A DNA stretch of 64,000 nt from Candidatus Levyibacteriota bacterium (lineage in GTDB: Bacteria; Patescibacteriota; Microgenomatia; Levybacterales; GWA1-39-11), in NCBI GenBank assembly GCA_039738415.1, contig JBCLLY010000005.1, forward strand, positions 4,306 to 68,305. Direction: 5' to 3'. This document shows, piece after piece, positions 1-9,289 of this stretch; the first letter of the stretch is position 1; every line of letters starts with the position of its first letter. Below the pieces are notes generated by a model. That model did not search any database, had not been told where the DNA came from, and saw only the letters and a program-made list of their open reading frames with translations. The translations under genes and the position numbers were made by a program.

Positions 1-597
1 GCTTTTGCCGGTGGTGTATTTGGGGGTCTTTTTTCAGTAATTATCGCTTTTGTAATAAGCATCTATCTATTTATAGACTATAACTCTATAAAAGAAGGCT
101 TTCTGGACTTTTTTCCCAAAAACAGGCGGGAGAAAATAGGTTCAACAGTCACTCAGGTTGAGGACAAACTGGGCGCGTGGTTCAGGGGACAAATCGTACT
201 ATCTATTTTTATAGGAGTAATAACTTGGGTTGCGCTATCATTTCTACAGCTCGGTCAATACGCACTTCCCCTTGCGGTTCTTGCTGGAATGCTTGAAATC
301 GTTCCAACAGTAGGACCTATTCTTGCCGCGATTCCTGCTGTAATTATCGGACTTAGTATATCTCCCAGTCTCGCATTAATTCTAGTTCTCGTTTATGCTG
401 GAATTCAAATCCTTGAGAATAATATCCTAGTGCCAAGAATTATGCAGAGGGCGGTGGGGCTCAGTCCAATTGTTGTAATTCTAGGAATTACCATAGGAAG
501 CAAATTCTTCGGTATTGCAGGAGCACTTCTTTCAATTCCATTCATATCACTTCTTATAGTTATTTACAAAAATATTAGAGACGAAAAGCTAGAGTAG
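1..597 (+). CDS. AI-2E family transporter (PerM/UPF0118-like), 5' end outside window
   Basis: Frame 1 is open from nt 1 to the TAG at 595-597. The hydrophobic C-terminal half contains GMLEIVPTVGPILAAIPAVIIG and ILENNILVPRIMQ, which I recognise as the AI-2E/PerM permease region. Confidence 0.7.
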   Translation, partial: AFAGGVFGGLFSVIIAFVISIYLFIDYNSIKEGFLDFFPKNRREKIGSTVTQVEDKLGAWFRGQIVLSIFIGVITWVALSFLQLGQYALPLAVLAGMLEIVPTVGPILAAIPAVIIGLSISPSLALILVLVYAGIQILENNILVPRIMQRAVGLSPIVVILGITIGSKFFGIAGALLSIPFISLLIVIYKNIRDEKLE

Positions 598-642
598 ATT
601 AATTTAGTTGCAAAAAATCCCCCCCCGACATGCAAGGGGGGC

Positions 643-672
643 TTGACAAAGAGTTATCCACATTCCTATACT
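643..672 (+). promoter_or_regulatory. candidate sigma70-type dnaA promoter with embedded DnaA box
   Basis: TTGACA at 643-648, an 18-nt spacer, then TATACT at 667-672. A perfect DnaA box TTATCCACA (654-662) lies in the spacer. The element ends 52 nt upstream of the dnaA ATG. Confidence 0.4.
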
Positions 673-723
673 GCATGTTACCAGTCTTTTGAAAGTATTT
701 ATATCCTGCCGCACATCTTACCT

Positions 724-2064
724 ATGGACGATATTTGGAAGTTAGTTTTAGCAGAAATTGAAGTACAGGTCAGTAGGCCTCAATTTGTAACCTTTTTTAA
801 TGGAACGACGCTCGTTTCTCTTGAAAACTCTGTTGCCACAATTGCGTCTCCAACATATATGACCTCAGACTATATAGCAAAAAGATACTATTCTCTTATC
901 AAACAGTCCCTTGACAAACAAACGGGGGGCAATAACAGCCTTGTTTTTGTAACCAAAAAAATTGTTAAACCTACGAGCGAAGAGGTGGGTCCGCTTTTTA
1001 CCCGACCGCCACAGCCGACAATTGCAAAAAACCGCCCCCCAAGAATCCGAATGGATTATACTTTTGACAACCTAGCGGTTTCTGAAAGCAACCAGCTCGC
1101 CTACACTGCGGCCTCCGCTGTCGCGCTTGAACCGGGTGTTAAATATAATCCCCTATATATGTACGGAACGGTTGGGGTAGGAAAAACTCATTTAATGCAC
1201 GCGATAGCAAATGACCTATTCGAGAAAAATAACAAGGCAAAAATCCTCTATATGACAACGGAGGAGTTTACAAATGATATCGTTGAGTCTATTCGAGACA
1301 AGCAAACAACACAAATGCGTAAAAAGTTTAGGAATGTTGACCTTCTTCTTCTTGACGACATTCAGTTTTTAAGCGGGAAGGAAAAGGTACAGGAAGAGCT
1401 TTTTCACACCTTCAATACGCTCATAGACAGCAAAAAGCAGGTCGTATTCTCCTCAGACCGCCCTCCCCACGAAATAAAAAAAATTGAGGCAAGACTCGCG
1501 TCAAGGCTTGAGGGGGGGCTTAAAATAGACATCCAGGCACCGGATTTTGAGCTAAGAACCGCAATATTACTTATCAAGAGTCAAAAGTTCAACATACCCC
1601 TTCCTGTAGAACTTGCAAAAAGGGCGGCGGAAAAAATTGAGGACACGAGAGCACTTGAGGGATTTATACTAAAATTATCAGGACTTCTTGCCAATTCCTC
1701 AACGAACGAGATAACTGAGGAGATTGTTGACAAGGCAATAGGAATCAGGCGTGAGGAGAGAAAAAGAGTGCATCCTGACGATGTAGTAAATGTGATTTGT
1801 GAGTATTTTGATGTCAGACCCACCCAGCTAAAAGGGGAGAGGAGAACATCAAGCCTCGTACACTCGCGCCAAATATGTATGTACCTGCTTAAAGAAGAGC
1901 TCCATCTTACATATGTAGATATTGGAAATATTTTAGGTGGGCGCGATCACACAACAATAATGCACGGTGTGGATAAGATTAGGAATTTATACTCAAAGGG
2001 GAATGGAGTAAATGAGGAAATCATGTATATAAAAAACCAATTAAAGGAGAGTTATGCACAATGA
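724..2064 (+). CDS. dnaA: chromosomal replication initiator DnaA
   Basis: Walker A GTVGVGKTHL, Walker B LLLLDDIQF, and the C-terminal DNA-binding signature GGRDHTTIMHGVDKI. The track ORF starts at TTG 643; I trimmed it to ATG 724 (MDDIWKLVLAEIE...) because the upstream part overlaps the promoter and DnaA box. Confidence 0.93.
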   Translation: MDDIWKLVLAEIEVQVSRPQFVTFFNGTTLVSLENSVATIASPTYMTSDYIAKRYYSLIKQSLDKQTGGNNSLVFVTKKIVKPTSEEVGPLFTRPPQPTIAKNRPPRIRMDYTFDNLAVSESNQLAYTAASAVALEPGVKYNPLYMYGTVGVGKTHLMHAIANDLFEKNNKAKILYMTTEEFTNDIVESIRDKQTTQMRKKFRNVDLLLLDDIQFLSGKEKVQEELFHTFNTLIDSKKQVVFSSDRPPHEIKKIEARLASRLEGGLKIDIQAPDFELRTAILLIKSQKFNIPLPVELAKRAAEKIEDTRALEGFILKLSGLLANSSTNEITEEIVDKAIGIRREERKRVHPDDVVNVICEYFDVRPTQLKGERRTSSLVHSRQICMYLLKEELHLTYVDIGNILGGRDHTTIMHGVDKIRNLYSKGNGVNEEIMYIKNQLKESYAQ

Positions 2065-2091
2065 AATTGCAATTGTTGGCCTATCAACATT

Positions 2092-2165
2092 CTTTCCACA
2101 AAAATATCCACTACTTATACACAGTTTTTCACGCACGCCTGATTGCCTTTATCCACTTATCCACC
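2092..2165. promoter_or_regulatory. DnaA-box cluster in the dnaA-dnaN spacer (candidate oriC core)
   Basis: Five 9-mers resembling TTATCCACA lie within 74 nt: cTtTCCACA 2092-2100, aTATCCACt 2104-2112, TTATaCACA 2115-2123, TTATCCACt 2149-2157 and TTATCCACc 2157-2165. An AT-rich stretch follows at 2166-2193. Confidence 0.55.
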
Positions 2166-2193
2166 TATACTACTACTAGTACTATTAATATAT

Positions 2194-3288
2194 ATGGAAG
2201 TTGAACTTTTAACGGAGAACATTGAGAAACACCTATCTACATTATTGAGAATGCTTCCAAGCAATTCTCAGGTTCCTATACTTTCAAACATTCTCTTAAC
2301 TGCTGACAAGAGCGGTTTTTATTTAAAGGCAACAGATCTTGAAATAGGAATAATAATAAAAATTCCCGCAAAAATAAACAAAGAGGGGAGTATTACGATT
2401 CCCGGAAAACAATTTATTGAAACAATTACAAACCTTCCCAAAGACAAGCTGCTAATAGTGGAGGAAAAAGAGAAGCTTAGGATATCTATAAGGGAGAGTA
2501 ATATTACATTCCAAACTTTAAGCTCTCTAGAATTTCCAGACCTGATGAAAAGAAAAGGGGAAAAAATAATTTCCCTTAAAAAAACCGCCTTTGATAAGCT
2601 CTTTGACCATCTCTGCTTCTCCGCATCAACGGACGATATCAGGCCCCACCTGACGGGCGTATACATAGCGAAAATTGAAGGACTGGTAGAGCTTGTTACA
2701 ACAGATGGGTATAGGCTGACTGTTAAGTCTATTGAAATGGATACCATCTCTAAAATTGAAGAGCCGATAATCGTATCCGTTCAGGTAATTAACGAGGCAA
2801 TGAATATAAAGGCAGAAGAGATTACAATGAGCATAAATCTAGATGAAAATCAGGTAGTTTTTGAAGGCGGGGATGTGGTTTTGGTAGGAAGGTTAATAAA
2901 TGGTAAGTTCCCTCCGTACGAAAAGGTTATTCCCAGTGCTTCAATAACAAAGGTTACCATTGATAGGGATGAGTTTATACAAAGCGTCCGCCTGGCAAGC
3001 GTTTTTGCAAAAGACCAATCAAACATCGTTAACGTTAATATAGAAGGTGGAGTATTAAAATTAAGTGCAAAGACTTCGGGAGTGGGAGAGGGGGAATTTG
3101 TGGTAGATGTGCAAAAAGAAGGGGAGGATAATAATATAGCCTTTAACATAAGATACCTTGCCGACGTGTTGAAAAATTTTGAGGGGGAAAGGGTTGTTAT
3201 GGAGATGAGCGGACCCCTGCAGCCTGCATTATTTAAAGACAACAAGAATTCCTTCAAACACGTAATAATGCCGATAAAAACGGATTAG
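2194..3288 (+). CDS. dnaN: DNA polymerase III beta sliding clamp
   Basis: Located directly after dnaA. The approximately 365-aa length and N-terminal pattern (PILSNILLTADKSGFYLKATDLEIG...IPGKQFIETITNLP) are typical of DnaN. The start was trimmed from 2143 to ATG 2194 because the upstream codons are the DnaA boxes. Confidence 0.88.
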   Translation: MEVELLTENIEKHLSTLLRMLPSNSQVPILSNILLTADKSGFYLKATDLEIGIIIKIPAKINKEGSITIPGKQFIETITNLPKDKLLIVEEKEKLRISIRESNITFQTLSSLEFPDLMKRKGEKIISLKKTAFDKLFDHLCFSASTDDIRPHLTGVYIAKIEGLVELVTTDGYRLTVKSIEMDTISKIEEPIIVSVQVINEAMNIKAEEITMSINLDENQVVFEGGDVVLVGRLINGKFPPYEKVIPSASITKVTIDRDEFIQSVRLASVFAKDQSNIVNVNIEGGVLKLSAKTSGVGEGEFVVDVQKEGEDNNIAFNIRYLADVLKNFEGERVVMEMSGPLQPALFKDNKNSFKHVIMPIKTD

Positions 3289-3911
3289 GGGTGAATTGGG
3301 CCTTGCCCGCTTGGTGATTCTTGAATATCTCCCCCAAACCTACTTATGTAATTTTCTACACTTGTTGGTTCAAAAAAATGAATCTCAAATACTTCATCAG
3401 TGTAAGGATTGGTAATTGCAGCAAGGCCCAATTGTGAATAAATAAGAGTTTGCGCATACCAATCGTAGTAAGCCGACCCCTTAATAATCCCATCTGGATC
3501 TCCGATAGCATTTTTAAGACTGGTGACGGTTTTAAAATATGGTCCTTCTTGGTCTTCGGGTATTAATACTTTTTCAAAAACAACAACGCCATTTTCTACA
3601 ATAACCTCATTAGGACGAAGGATAAGAGGTGAGGGGTAGCTATAGGTGTTTCCGTTTTGTGAAATATTTGGTATAGATTTTAGCTCCTCTTCCGTAGTTA
3701 TACCAATATGTGTTTTTTTAAGGGGCGATATATTTTGTGCCTGGATTATTAGTGCCCCTTTGTCCGGGACCTGATAAATGGTTGGGGTGGGGAACCCGTT
3801 TTGAGTGACTGGAGGAGTGTTTGTTATATTCCTAAGGCTAGATATAATAAAGAAAAGTCCGCCAAGAAGCGCAAAGAGTAGCGTAATTATTATTAAGATT
3901 TTTTTATTCAT
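3285..3911 (-). CDS. hypothetical membrane-anchored/secreted protein (last gene of the T4SS-like operon)
   Basis: 208-aa ORF with an N-terminal hydrophobic anchor (MNKKILIIITLLFALLGGLFFII). Only a 1-nt gap separates it from the upstream gene. No domain recognised. Confidence 0.5.
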   Translation of the reverse strand: MNKKILIIITLLFALLGGLFFIISSLRNITNTPPVTQNGFPTPTIYQVPDKGALIIQAQNISPLKKTHIGITTEEELKSIPNISQNGNTYSYPSPLILRPNEVIVENGVVVFEKVLIPEDQEGPYFKTVTSLKNAIGDPDGIIKGSAYYDWYAQTLIYSQLGLAAITNPYTDEVFEIHFFEPTSVENYISRFGGDIQESPSGQGPIHP

Positions 3912-3912
3912 A

Positions 3913-4644
3913 TTAATTTAATAGTGCGGAAGTCATTGCAGCCGCACGCAAGGGAAATCCTCCATTGATGTATGGGTTTGGAGGATTTGATGGTCCTCCA
4001 CACCGTATTGTAGTTACAAATCCAGATGATCTGTCAAGAAAGTACGCAATAGTGTCTGCGTGATCCTCATTTATTGCGATGGTTTCTGGAATACAGATAG
4101 GTCCTTGACGTCCATATTCGCTTATGGCCCCCTCTAGCGCATACGCGTTTTCATGCGCTGCTCTTTGCGTTGACTCACGAGGATTACACTTCTGCGCAAC
4201 GTGTCCCAGTTCATGGAGTAGGTGAAATTTAAAATAAGAGCCTTGTCCCGGAAATTGTCTTAGGTTAAGCGAGGTATCACCAGAATAGCATCCTGACTGA
4301 GCTTGGGAGTATTCATTGTTCCACTTTTCAATAGTTGCTCCCCTTACCAGGTTGGGGAACTTTGTACCGGAAACCTCGTGGAGTCTTTCCCACGTCCACA
4401 GAAGGTGTTGTTGGTCAAATCCATTCATGGTAATCCCAAAAGTGTCAATAATCCCCCGCCTAATGTCACTTGGCGCAGGAGGAACGGTCCCTGGTTCAAG
4501 GTCTGATATTGGTGGGTTTCCGACGCGGGTCTTCCATGTTGAGCTGCTTTGGGCATTAACCGTTTGAAATAAAACAATGCTAGCTAATGCAAAAACAACT
4601 ATTGTTAATGATATTGATATTATTAGTTTTTTCATCATTTGCAA
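3913..4644 (-). CDS. secreted putative zinc metalloprotease (HExxH)
   Basis: Signal-peptide-like N-terminus ending in VNAQ, and an HELGH motif (FHLLHELGHVAQKC). Overlaps the upstream gene by 10 nt, consistent with an operon. Confidence 0.5.
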   Translation of the reverse strand: MQMMKKLIISISLTIVVFALASIVLFQTVNAQSSSTWKTRVGNPPISDLEPGTVPPAPSDIRRGIIDTFGITMNGFDQQHLLWTWERLHEVSGTKFPNLVRGATIEKWNNEYSQAQSGCYSGDTSLNLRQFPGQGSYFKFHLLHELGHVAQKCNPRESTQRAAHENAYALEGAISEYGRQGPICIPETIAINEDHADTIAYFLDRSSGFVTTIRCGGPSNPPNPYINGGFPLRAAAMTSALLN

Positions 4645-5111
4645 AAGCTTAGTCCATGTCTTCTTCCTGCTTCATCTGGATTAACGCCCTGTGGAGTGCC
4701 GATGCTGACGTCAAGAAGGCACGCCTCGTCAGCGCTTATTTCGAGTCTATTAAGCAGCGCCTGTTCTGCAATTTGACGATAGGTTTCAAACGGAGTCATC
4801 ATTATAGTAATAATGAATTGGCTTGATTCCCTTATGTACACAAGGTCGTATCCCTTATCTCGCGTCATGAGTGAATCGCCGGTTGTATTTGTCTCAACGG
4901 GAGATATGTATGGATTTTTAATAGGGATTCCTGATATTTCTATTTTCTCTCCCTCTGGGATATCAAATCGAATAGGCGACTTCGTAGGAAGGGGTATTTC
5001 TTCAATTATTTCTTTAGGACTTGATGAGCGCATTATTATAAGAATAACAAAAACAATTGCAGTAAAAATGACAAGTAAAAATAATATTCCTAAATAAATT
5101 GTTTTTTTCAT
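4635..5111 (-). CDS. hypothetical membrane-anchored protein
   Basis: 158-aa ORF with a single N-terminal TM helix (IYLGILFLLVIFTAIVFVILII). Its start overlaps the upstream gene's stop by 4 nt (5108-5111). Confidence 0.5.
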   Translation of the reverse strand: MKKTIYLGILFLLVIFTAIVFVILIIMRSSSPKEIIEEIPLPTKSPIRFDIPEGEKIEISGIPIKNPYISPVETNTTGDSLMTRDKGYDLVYIRESSQFIITIMMTPFETYRQIAEQALLNRLEISADEACLLDVSIGTPQGVNPDEAGRRHGLSFCK

Positions 5112-6205
5112 ATGTTTATATTACACGACGCCAAATCTCTTTGCACAAAAGGCCATGTAGACCATTCTGTCCACGCATTTCCGTTAGATGATATGGAAAC
5201 CATTTTTTGGACATTTGCCTCAACGGGTTTTAATGCTACCCTGCAGGTAGATCTATTCTGCTCGTTTACCAAGTATTGGCAGCGTTCAAGGGGGGGATTA
5301 ATGGAGGAATCATAAGCATATGGCGCTTCACTACATGTATGCCAGACAAGATTTATTTGATAAAGTCCAATAGAGTAATCATCGTTATTTTTATTGTCGT
5401 TGTTACATCCTGTTCCGCTTGTTAATTTCTCTCCAAAGGGATTACTCGTGCTTTCACGCTGGCAAATCATTGAAGCAATGATGGCTTTTTGCTCATCCCC
5501 ACCAAGGTATGGTAAAAGCTTTTGTACAGAGCAAGGGCCTGTTCCTTCGAACTGCTGCGTGCAAGTATTTGATGAAGCGCCGCCGGTTGTGCTGTCAGCA
5601 ACTGATGACCGTCCATAGACAGTGTTTGCTATTTCAATCTTATCTATAGTTGGTTTAACTACCAGTGAGAAAGTATAGCTGGTAGTTCCTGCAGTAAGCG
5701 GCCATTCGATAGTCCCTCCTGTTTGAACATATGGATCTGTGGCTGAGACAAATTCTACATTTGCGGGAAGCTTGTCGGTAATAACTATTTTATCAATTGG
5801 TGTTCCTCCCTGGGGCTGTATGTACGTAACAGAAATAGAGTATGTTATTGTTTGGCCGAATTCAACTTGAGCATCACCTGTTTTTGTAACGGTTAGACCA
5901 GGGATTGGCGGTAGGGATGGTACGCTGCCGCCTGGAAGAGGAATTGGTGTAGGTTCATCTGCGCCAGGACTCAAACCAGCCCCAGTACCACCATCCATAA
6001 AAAAGAAAAAAATAATTATTATGAAAAAAAATGTTCCCCCAAGAATTATTGGAAGCTTCGAGGCGACTTGTCTGATTACAAAGCGCTTTAGTTTCTTTTC
6101 TAAGAAATCTGCCGGAGCACTTCTTCTCCGATCCTTCCCTCGTTGGTTATAATTGCGCTGCTGAGGCGGAGTTTGGCTTGGTTGATTTTGTTCTCTCTCA
6201 TCCAT
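5108..6205 (-). CDS. VirB1-like lytic transglycosylase with DUF11-like repeat domain
   Basis: N-terminal TM helix. A DUF11-type beta domain (LTVTKTGDAQVEFGQTITYSISV...ITDKLPANVEFVSAT). A C-terminal SLT/lysozyme-like motif pair (MICQRES...YSIGLYQIN). Overlaps the virB4-like gene by 8 nt. Confidence 0.6.
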   Translation of the reverse strand: MDEREQNQPSQTPPQQRNYNQRGKDRRRSAPADFLEKKLKRFVIRQVASKLPIILGGTFFFIIIIFFFFMDGGTGAGLSPGADEPTPIPLPGGSVPSLPPIPGLTVTKTGDAQVEFGQTITYSISVTYIQPQGGTPIDKIVITDKLPANVEFVSATDPYVQTGGTIEWPLTAGTTSYTFSLVVKPTIDKIEIANTVYGRSSVADSTTGGASSNTCTQQFEGTGPCSVQKLLPYLGGDEQKAIIASMICQRESTSNPFGEKLTSGTGCNNDNKNNDDYSIGLYQINLVWHTCSEAPYAYDSSINPPLERCQYLVNEQNRSTCRVALKPVEANVQKMVSISSNGNAWTEWSTWPFVQRDLASCNINI

Positions 6206-8465
6206 TGTTTAGTGTTGGTGTGTTGTTTTGGGTAGGCTGAGTGTGGGTTGGGTTAGGCGCTTGTGCCCGAGAAGAACCCTGAGCTATTTGTGGGCTTTGT
6301 GTAGTCGTTGTGTATTGTTTAAAGTGGTTTTCTGATTGGTGACTTTGTGTTTGAAAGTATCCCTGTTTCGGTTCTATGTTAACCTCTGTTCCTTGAGCGA
6401 CAGCTGAAGCATTGGTTACAGGAGGAGTTTGTTGAACTGGTTCCTGTGGTTGTTCAAATGTCTGACCATTTGTTTTAGGGACAAGCGTTTGTGCATTCTG
6501 ATTTTGCACAAATGTTTCACCGGGTTCCGGAGGTACTGCTTCCGGCTCTATAGGTGGGGTTGGTGGTGGAGGATTGCTCGCGTCTTCTACTTGTTGATCT
6601 AAAATATCCTGAGGTTTTGAGGTTATTAAATCATATTCAAATTGAGAGGAAATAAATTGTGCGGTTACATGATTTTGACCCGCAAACAAAAGTCCTTCCC
6701 CGACTTGCGCAGTTAGCAGATACTGCTTTTCTCCACCTGACAGGTTAAGTGTCTTTGCAAGAGTTTCTACCTCAGAGGCTCCCTGCTTTAAAAGAATTTG
6801 GATAGATGAGTTAGAAAGAATTGATTTTCCATAATCACTTGCCAAAAAGTCTTCAATATCTTGAGTAAGAGTTGTAACTCCCAGATAATATTTTCGCGCG
6901 CGCTTGGCAATTCCCTGCAAAAATGCAGCAGAGTCAGGGTAGCGCATCAGATACCACGCCTCATCAACCACCAGAATTCTTTTCTTAAGCTTTGTTCTAA
7001 CTCTGCTCCAAACGAAGTCGAGAATTACGTGCATAGCAATTGGGCGCAGCACATCTTCAAGCTGTTTAAGTGAAAATACTGTCATTTTGTTTTGCACGTC
7101 ATAGTTGGTTTGTTGATTAAAAAGACCGGAAAATCCTCCTTTTACATACTTTTCAAGTCTAAATGCAAGCTCCTTTGCCTCAGGCTCTTCCATGTTTAGA
7201 AGTGTTTTGTATAAATCTTCAAGAATAGGGGGCTCGTTTTTATAGGTTGCGGGATTTGGAGTAATGCCTTTTTGTTTATAGGCAAGAACAAGAGACCTAT
7301 CCATAATCGCCTCTTGTGTTGGAGTCATTTCCCCAAGCATTGTTTTTAAAAGTCCATGAACGGATAAAATCTTAAGACTTAATTGATTTTCAGACATATC
7401 GTCGGGTAGGAGTGCGAATGGGTTAATTTTTACCTCCGAACTCTTGGAAAAAGTAATATATTCTCCACCCAGAGACTGACAAAGCGCTCTGTATTCATCC
7501 TCAGGATCTATAATTATTATTTCAGTGCCAAATATATACTGGCGCATTAACTCAAGTTTTACCAGAAAAGATTTTCCCGAACCGCTCTTTCCAAAAACAA
7601 CCTCATTTGCATTTTCCAGCGAGAACCTATCAACAATAACTAAAGAGTTGTTCAACGTATTTATTCCGTACAAAATTCCATTTGGGTGAGAAATTTCATA
7701 GCTTGTGAATGGAAAAGTTGAGGCAACGGATGTAGTATCCATGTTGCGAGTTATCATAAGCTTGTCGTCTCCTTTTGGAAGAGTAGTTTTAAACCCGTCT
7801 TCCATTTGCAGCGTTGCCGGTTTTACAACCAAAAGATCTGAAGCAAGAAGAGAAGTGAGCTCTTTTGTTTTTAGGTTTAACTCCTCCAGGTTGTCTGCGG
7901 AAATTGTTATGTATAGTCCGAATTGGAAGAACCGCTCAAGTCCCCGGGCAAGTTCTTCGCGGAGCGAAATAGCGTCTTCAAGTGATGCTTGAACTTTAGG
8001 GTCGGCAACAATACCATTTTGAGCATCAGACTGTAAAGTTGCCTCCATTTCTGCAATTTTACGCCTCAAATTAGACAAAACGTCTTTACTCTCAACAGGG
8101 TAAAGAAACATAGAAATATTCATCGTTTCCTTGTAGTCAATAAGTATAGATAGCCAATTAGGAGATACTTGTCGGGGGTAATCGACTACAAAAAATGTTC
8201 TGTAATATTTGTCTCCAACCCTTATGTGGCGGAAATCGACCTCAACTGATGAGGGTGCGATAATATCAACAATTGACACAGACCCTTTTCTCAACTCTTC
8301 CAGATGTTGATCGGGGTGAGGTTTTTTTGCATTCTTTTTCTCGTTTTTGCCTTTTGGGGGTTGGGGAGTTTGTGCTTGCACAGGAGAACCAACTACTGGT
8401 GTACCAGGAGCGAGTGCCGGTGCCTGCTGTGTATTTTGTTGTTTTTTATTTCCTAGTCCAAACAT
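6198..8465 (-). CDS. virB4: VirB4/TrbE-family type IV secretion ATPase with low-complexity N- and C-terminal extensions
   Basis: Walker A FGKSGSGKSF, Walker B ILVVDEAWYLM, and DPEDEY. Size and domain order are typical of VirB4. About 60 aa at the N-terminus and about 140 aa at the C-terminus are P/Q/T-rich tails. Confidence 0.85.
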   Translation of the reverse strand: MFGLGNKKQQNTQQAPALAPGTPVVGSPVQAQTPQPPKGKNEKKNAKKPHPDQHLEELRKGSVSIVDIIAPSSVEVDFRHIRVGDKYYRTFFVVDYPRQVSPNWLSILIDYKETMNISMFLYPVESKDVLSNLRRKIAEMEATLQSDAQNGIVADPKVQASLEDAISLREELARGLERFFQFGLYITISADNLEELNLKTKELTSLLASDLLVVKPATLQMEDGFKTTLPKGDDKLMITRNMDTTSVASTFPFTSYEISHPNGILYGINTLNNSLVIVDRFSLENANEVVFGKSGSGKSFLVKLELMRQYIFGTEIIIIDPEDEYRALCQSLGGEYITFSKSSEVKINPFALLPDDMSENQLSLKILSVHGLLKTMLGEMTPTQEAIMDRSLVLAYKQKGITPNPATYKNEPPILEDLYKTLLNMEEPEAKELAFRLEKYVKGGFSGLFNQQTNYDVQNKMTVFSLKQLEDVLRPIAMHVILDFVWSRVRTKLKKRILVVDEAWYLMRYPDSAAFLQGIAKRARKYYLGVTTLTQDIEDFLASDYGKSILSNSSIQILLKQGASEVETLAKTLNLSGGEKQYLLTAQVGEGLLFAGQNHVTAQFISSQFEYDLITSKPQDILDQQVEDASNPPPPTPPIEPEAVPPEPGETFVQNQNAQTLVPKTNGQTFEQPQEPVQQTPPVTNASAVAQGTEVNIEPKQGYFQTQSHQSENHFKQYTTTTQSPQIAQGSSRAQAPNPTHTQPTQNNTPTLNNG

Positions 8466-8469
8466 AAAA

Positions 8470-8559
8470 TTATATTGCTGAATTGTTATAGTGTTAAACT
8501 GTTAAATTGTAATAATGATTTTTTTAGCAATTTAATGTTTTATCAATTTGACAGTTTAT
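8470..8559. repeat. phased 8-nt repeat arrays in inverted arrangement (intergenic)
   Basis: Five in-phase units at 8470-8509: ttatattg, ctgaattg, ttatagtg, ttaaactg, ttaaattg. These read CAATTTAA-like on the gene strand and lie 4 nt from the virB4 ATG. Units of the opposite orientation occupy 8528-8559 (caatttaa, tgttttat, caatttga, cagtttat) and overlap the stop of the upstream gene. Confidence 0.8.
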
Positions 8560-9197
8560 AGTATTACATTCTTAATATCCCTAGACTCAAAATTCAAATT
8601 TATAACGTCATCGTTAAGAAGCTCGTAAAATACTTTAATTAACTCTTCGTGCGTAAGTCTTCTGGGTGCAAGCCCCATGCGTTCAACTTGGGACATAATC
8701 ACACTTGACTTTGACAGGAGTGCTCCCTTTGCTTGGTCTGCAAAACTTTGCTTTGAGACAGTTTTATTAGCGTTTTGTGCAACATTTGTTGCGCCTCCTT
8801 CTAGATAATTATAAGGAATAATTATATAGATTTTTTTGTCTAAAAGTCCCTCGCCCTTAACTAGTTCTTGTATAAATTCTTTATAATATAAAAGATGTTC
8901 TTTCGTTTGTTGTTGTTGAGTTGTGGTGATTCTCTTGTCTATTGTGTCAATATAGGCATCCATATCTATTTTTTTAGAAACAATAAGTATTTGTATCGCG
9001 AAAGAAAGAGAATTTAGAAGAGACATATATCCATAAACCCTTGAATTCTGCTCGTCAGATGACAGTAAAAAGAAATTAACAGAAGATACTTCAAGCATCA
9101 TACACGCTCTTTTATTTTTAAATAAAACTACATCGTCAACGATATCAACTATTTCAGTAAAACCTTGTGTTGTTGATTTTATTTCCTTTTTTGCCAT
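8556..9197 (-). CDS. hypothetical protein, T4SS-locus associated
   Basis: 213-aa soluble ORF between the prgI-like and virB4-like genes. No motif recognised with confidence. Confidence 0.5.
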   Translation of the reverse strand: MAKKEIKSTTQGFTEIVDIVDDVVLFKNKRACMMLEVSSVNFFLLSSDEQNSRVYGYMSLLNSLSFAIQILIVSKKIDMDAYIDTIDKRITTTQQQQTKEHLLYYKEFIQELVKGEGLLDKKIYIIIPYNYLEGGATNVAQNANKTVSKQSFADQAKGALLSKSSVIMSQVERMGLAPRRLTHEELIKVFYELLNDDVINLNFESRDIKNVIL

Positions 9198-9202
9198 ATA
9201 GA

Positions 9203-9289
9203 TTAAATTGATAAATTGTTAAACTGCCAAAGCGTTAAATTGTTTTTCAGAGTTTAGCAATTTGACAATTCAGCAGTTTGGCAATTACG
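9203..9289. repeat. phased 8-nt repeat arrays in inverted arrangement (intergenic)
   Basis: Units at 9203-9242 (ttaaattg, ataaattg, ttaaactg, ccaaagcg, ttaaattg) lie 5 nt from the ATG at 9197. Opposite-orientation units at 9258-9289 (caatttga, caattcag, cagtttgg, caattacg) overlap the stop at 9285. Confidence 0.8.

Noticed and set aside
619-641. C8...G6 hairpin after the AI-2E gene as an intrinsic terminator
   Set aside because: The stem is real, but no T tract follows on the plus strand. The A tract precedes it, so it would read as a terminator only for the minus strand, where no gene ends. It is left unannotated.
643-2193. N-terminal extensions of the dnaA (from 643) and dnaN (from 2143) ORFs in the track
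   Set aside because: The extra codons translate the promoter and DnaA-box DNA (a TTG or non-ATG start running through TTATCCACA-type boxes). Conserved protein sequence begins at ATG 724 and ATG 2194.
1581-3257. Antisense ORFs within dnaA and dnaN (1581-1823, 2319-2747, 2850-3257)
   Set aside because: They lie entirely inside well-supported genes on the opposite strand. Their translations are Ser/Leu/Ile-rich low-complexity sequences typical of shadow frames.
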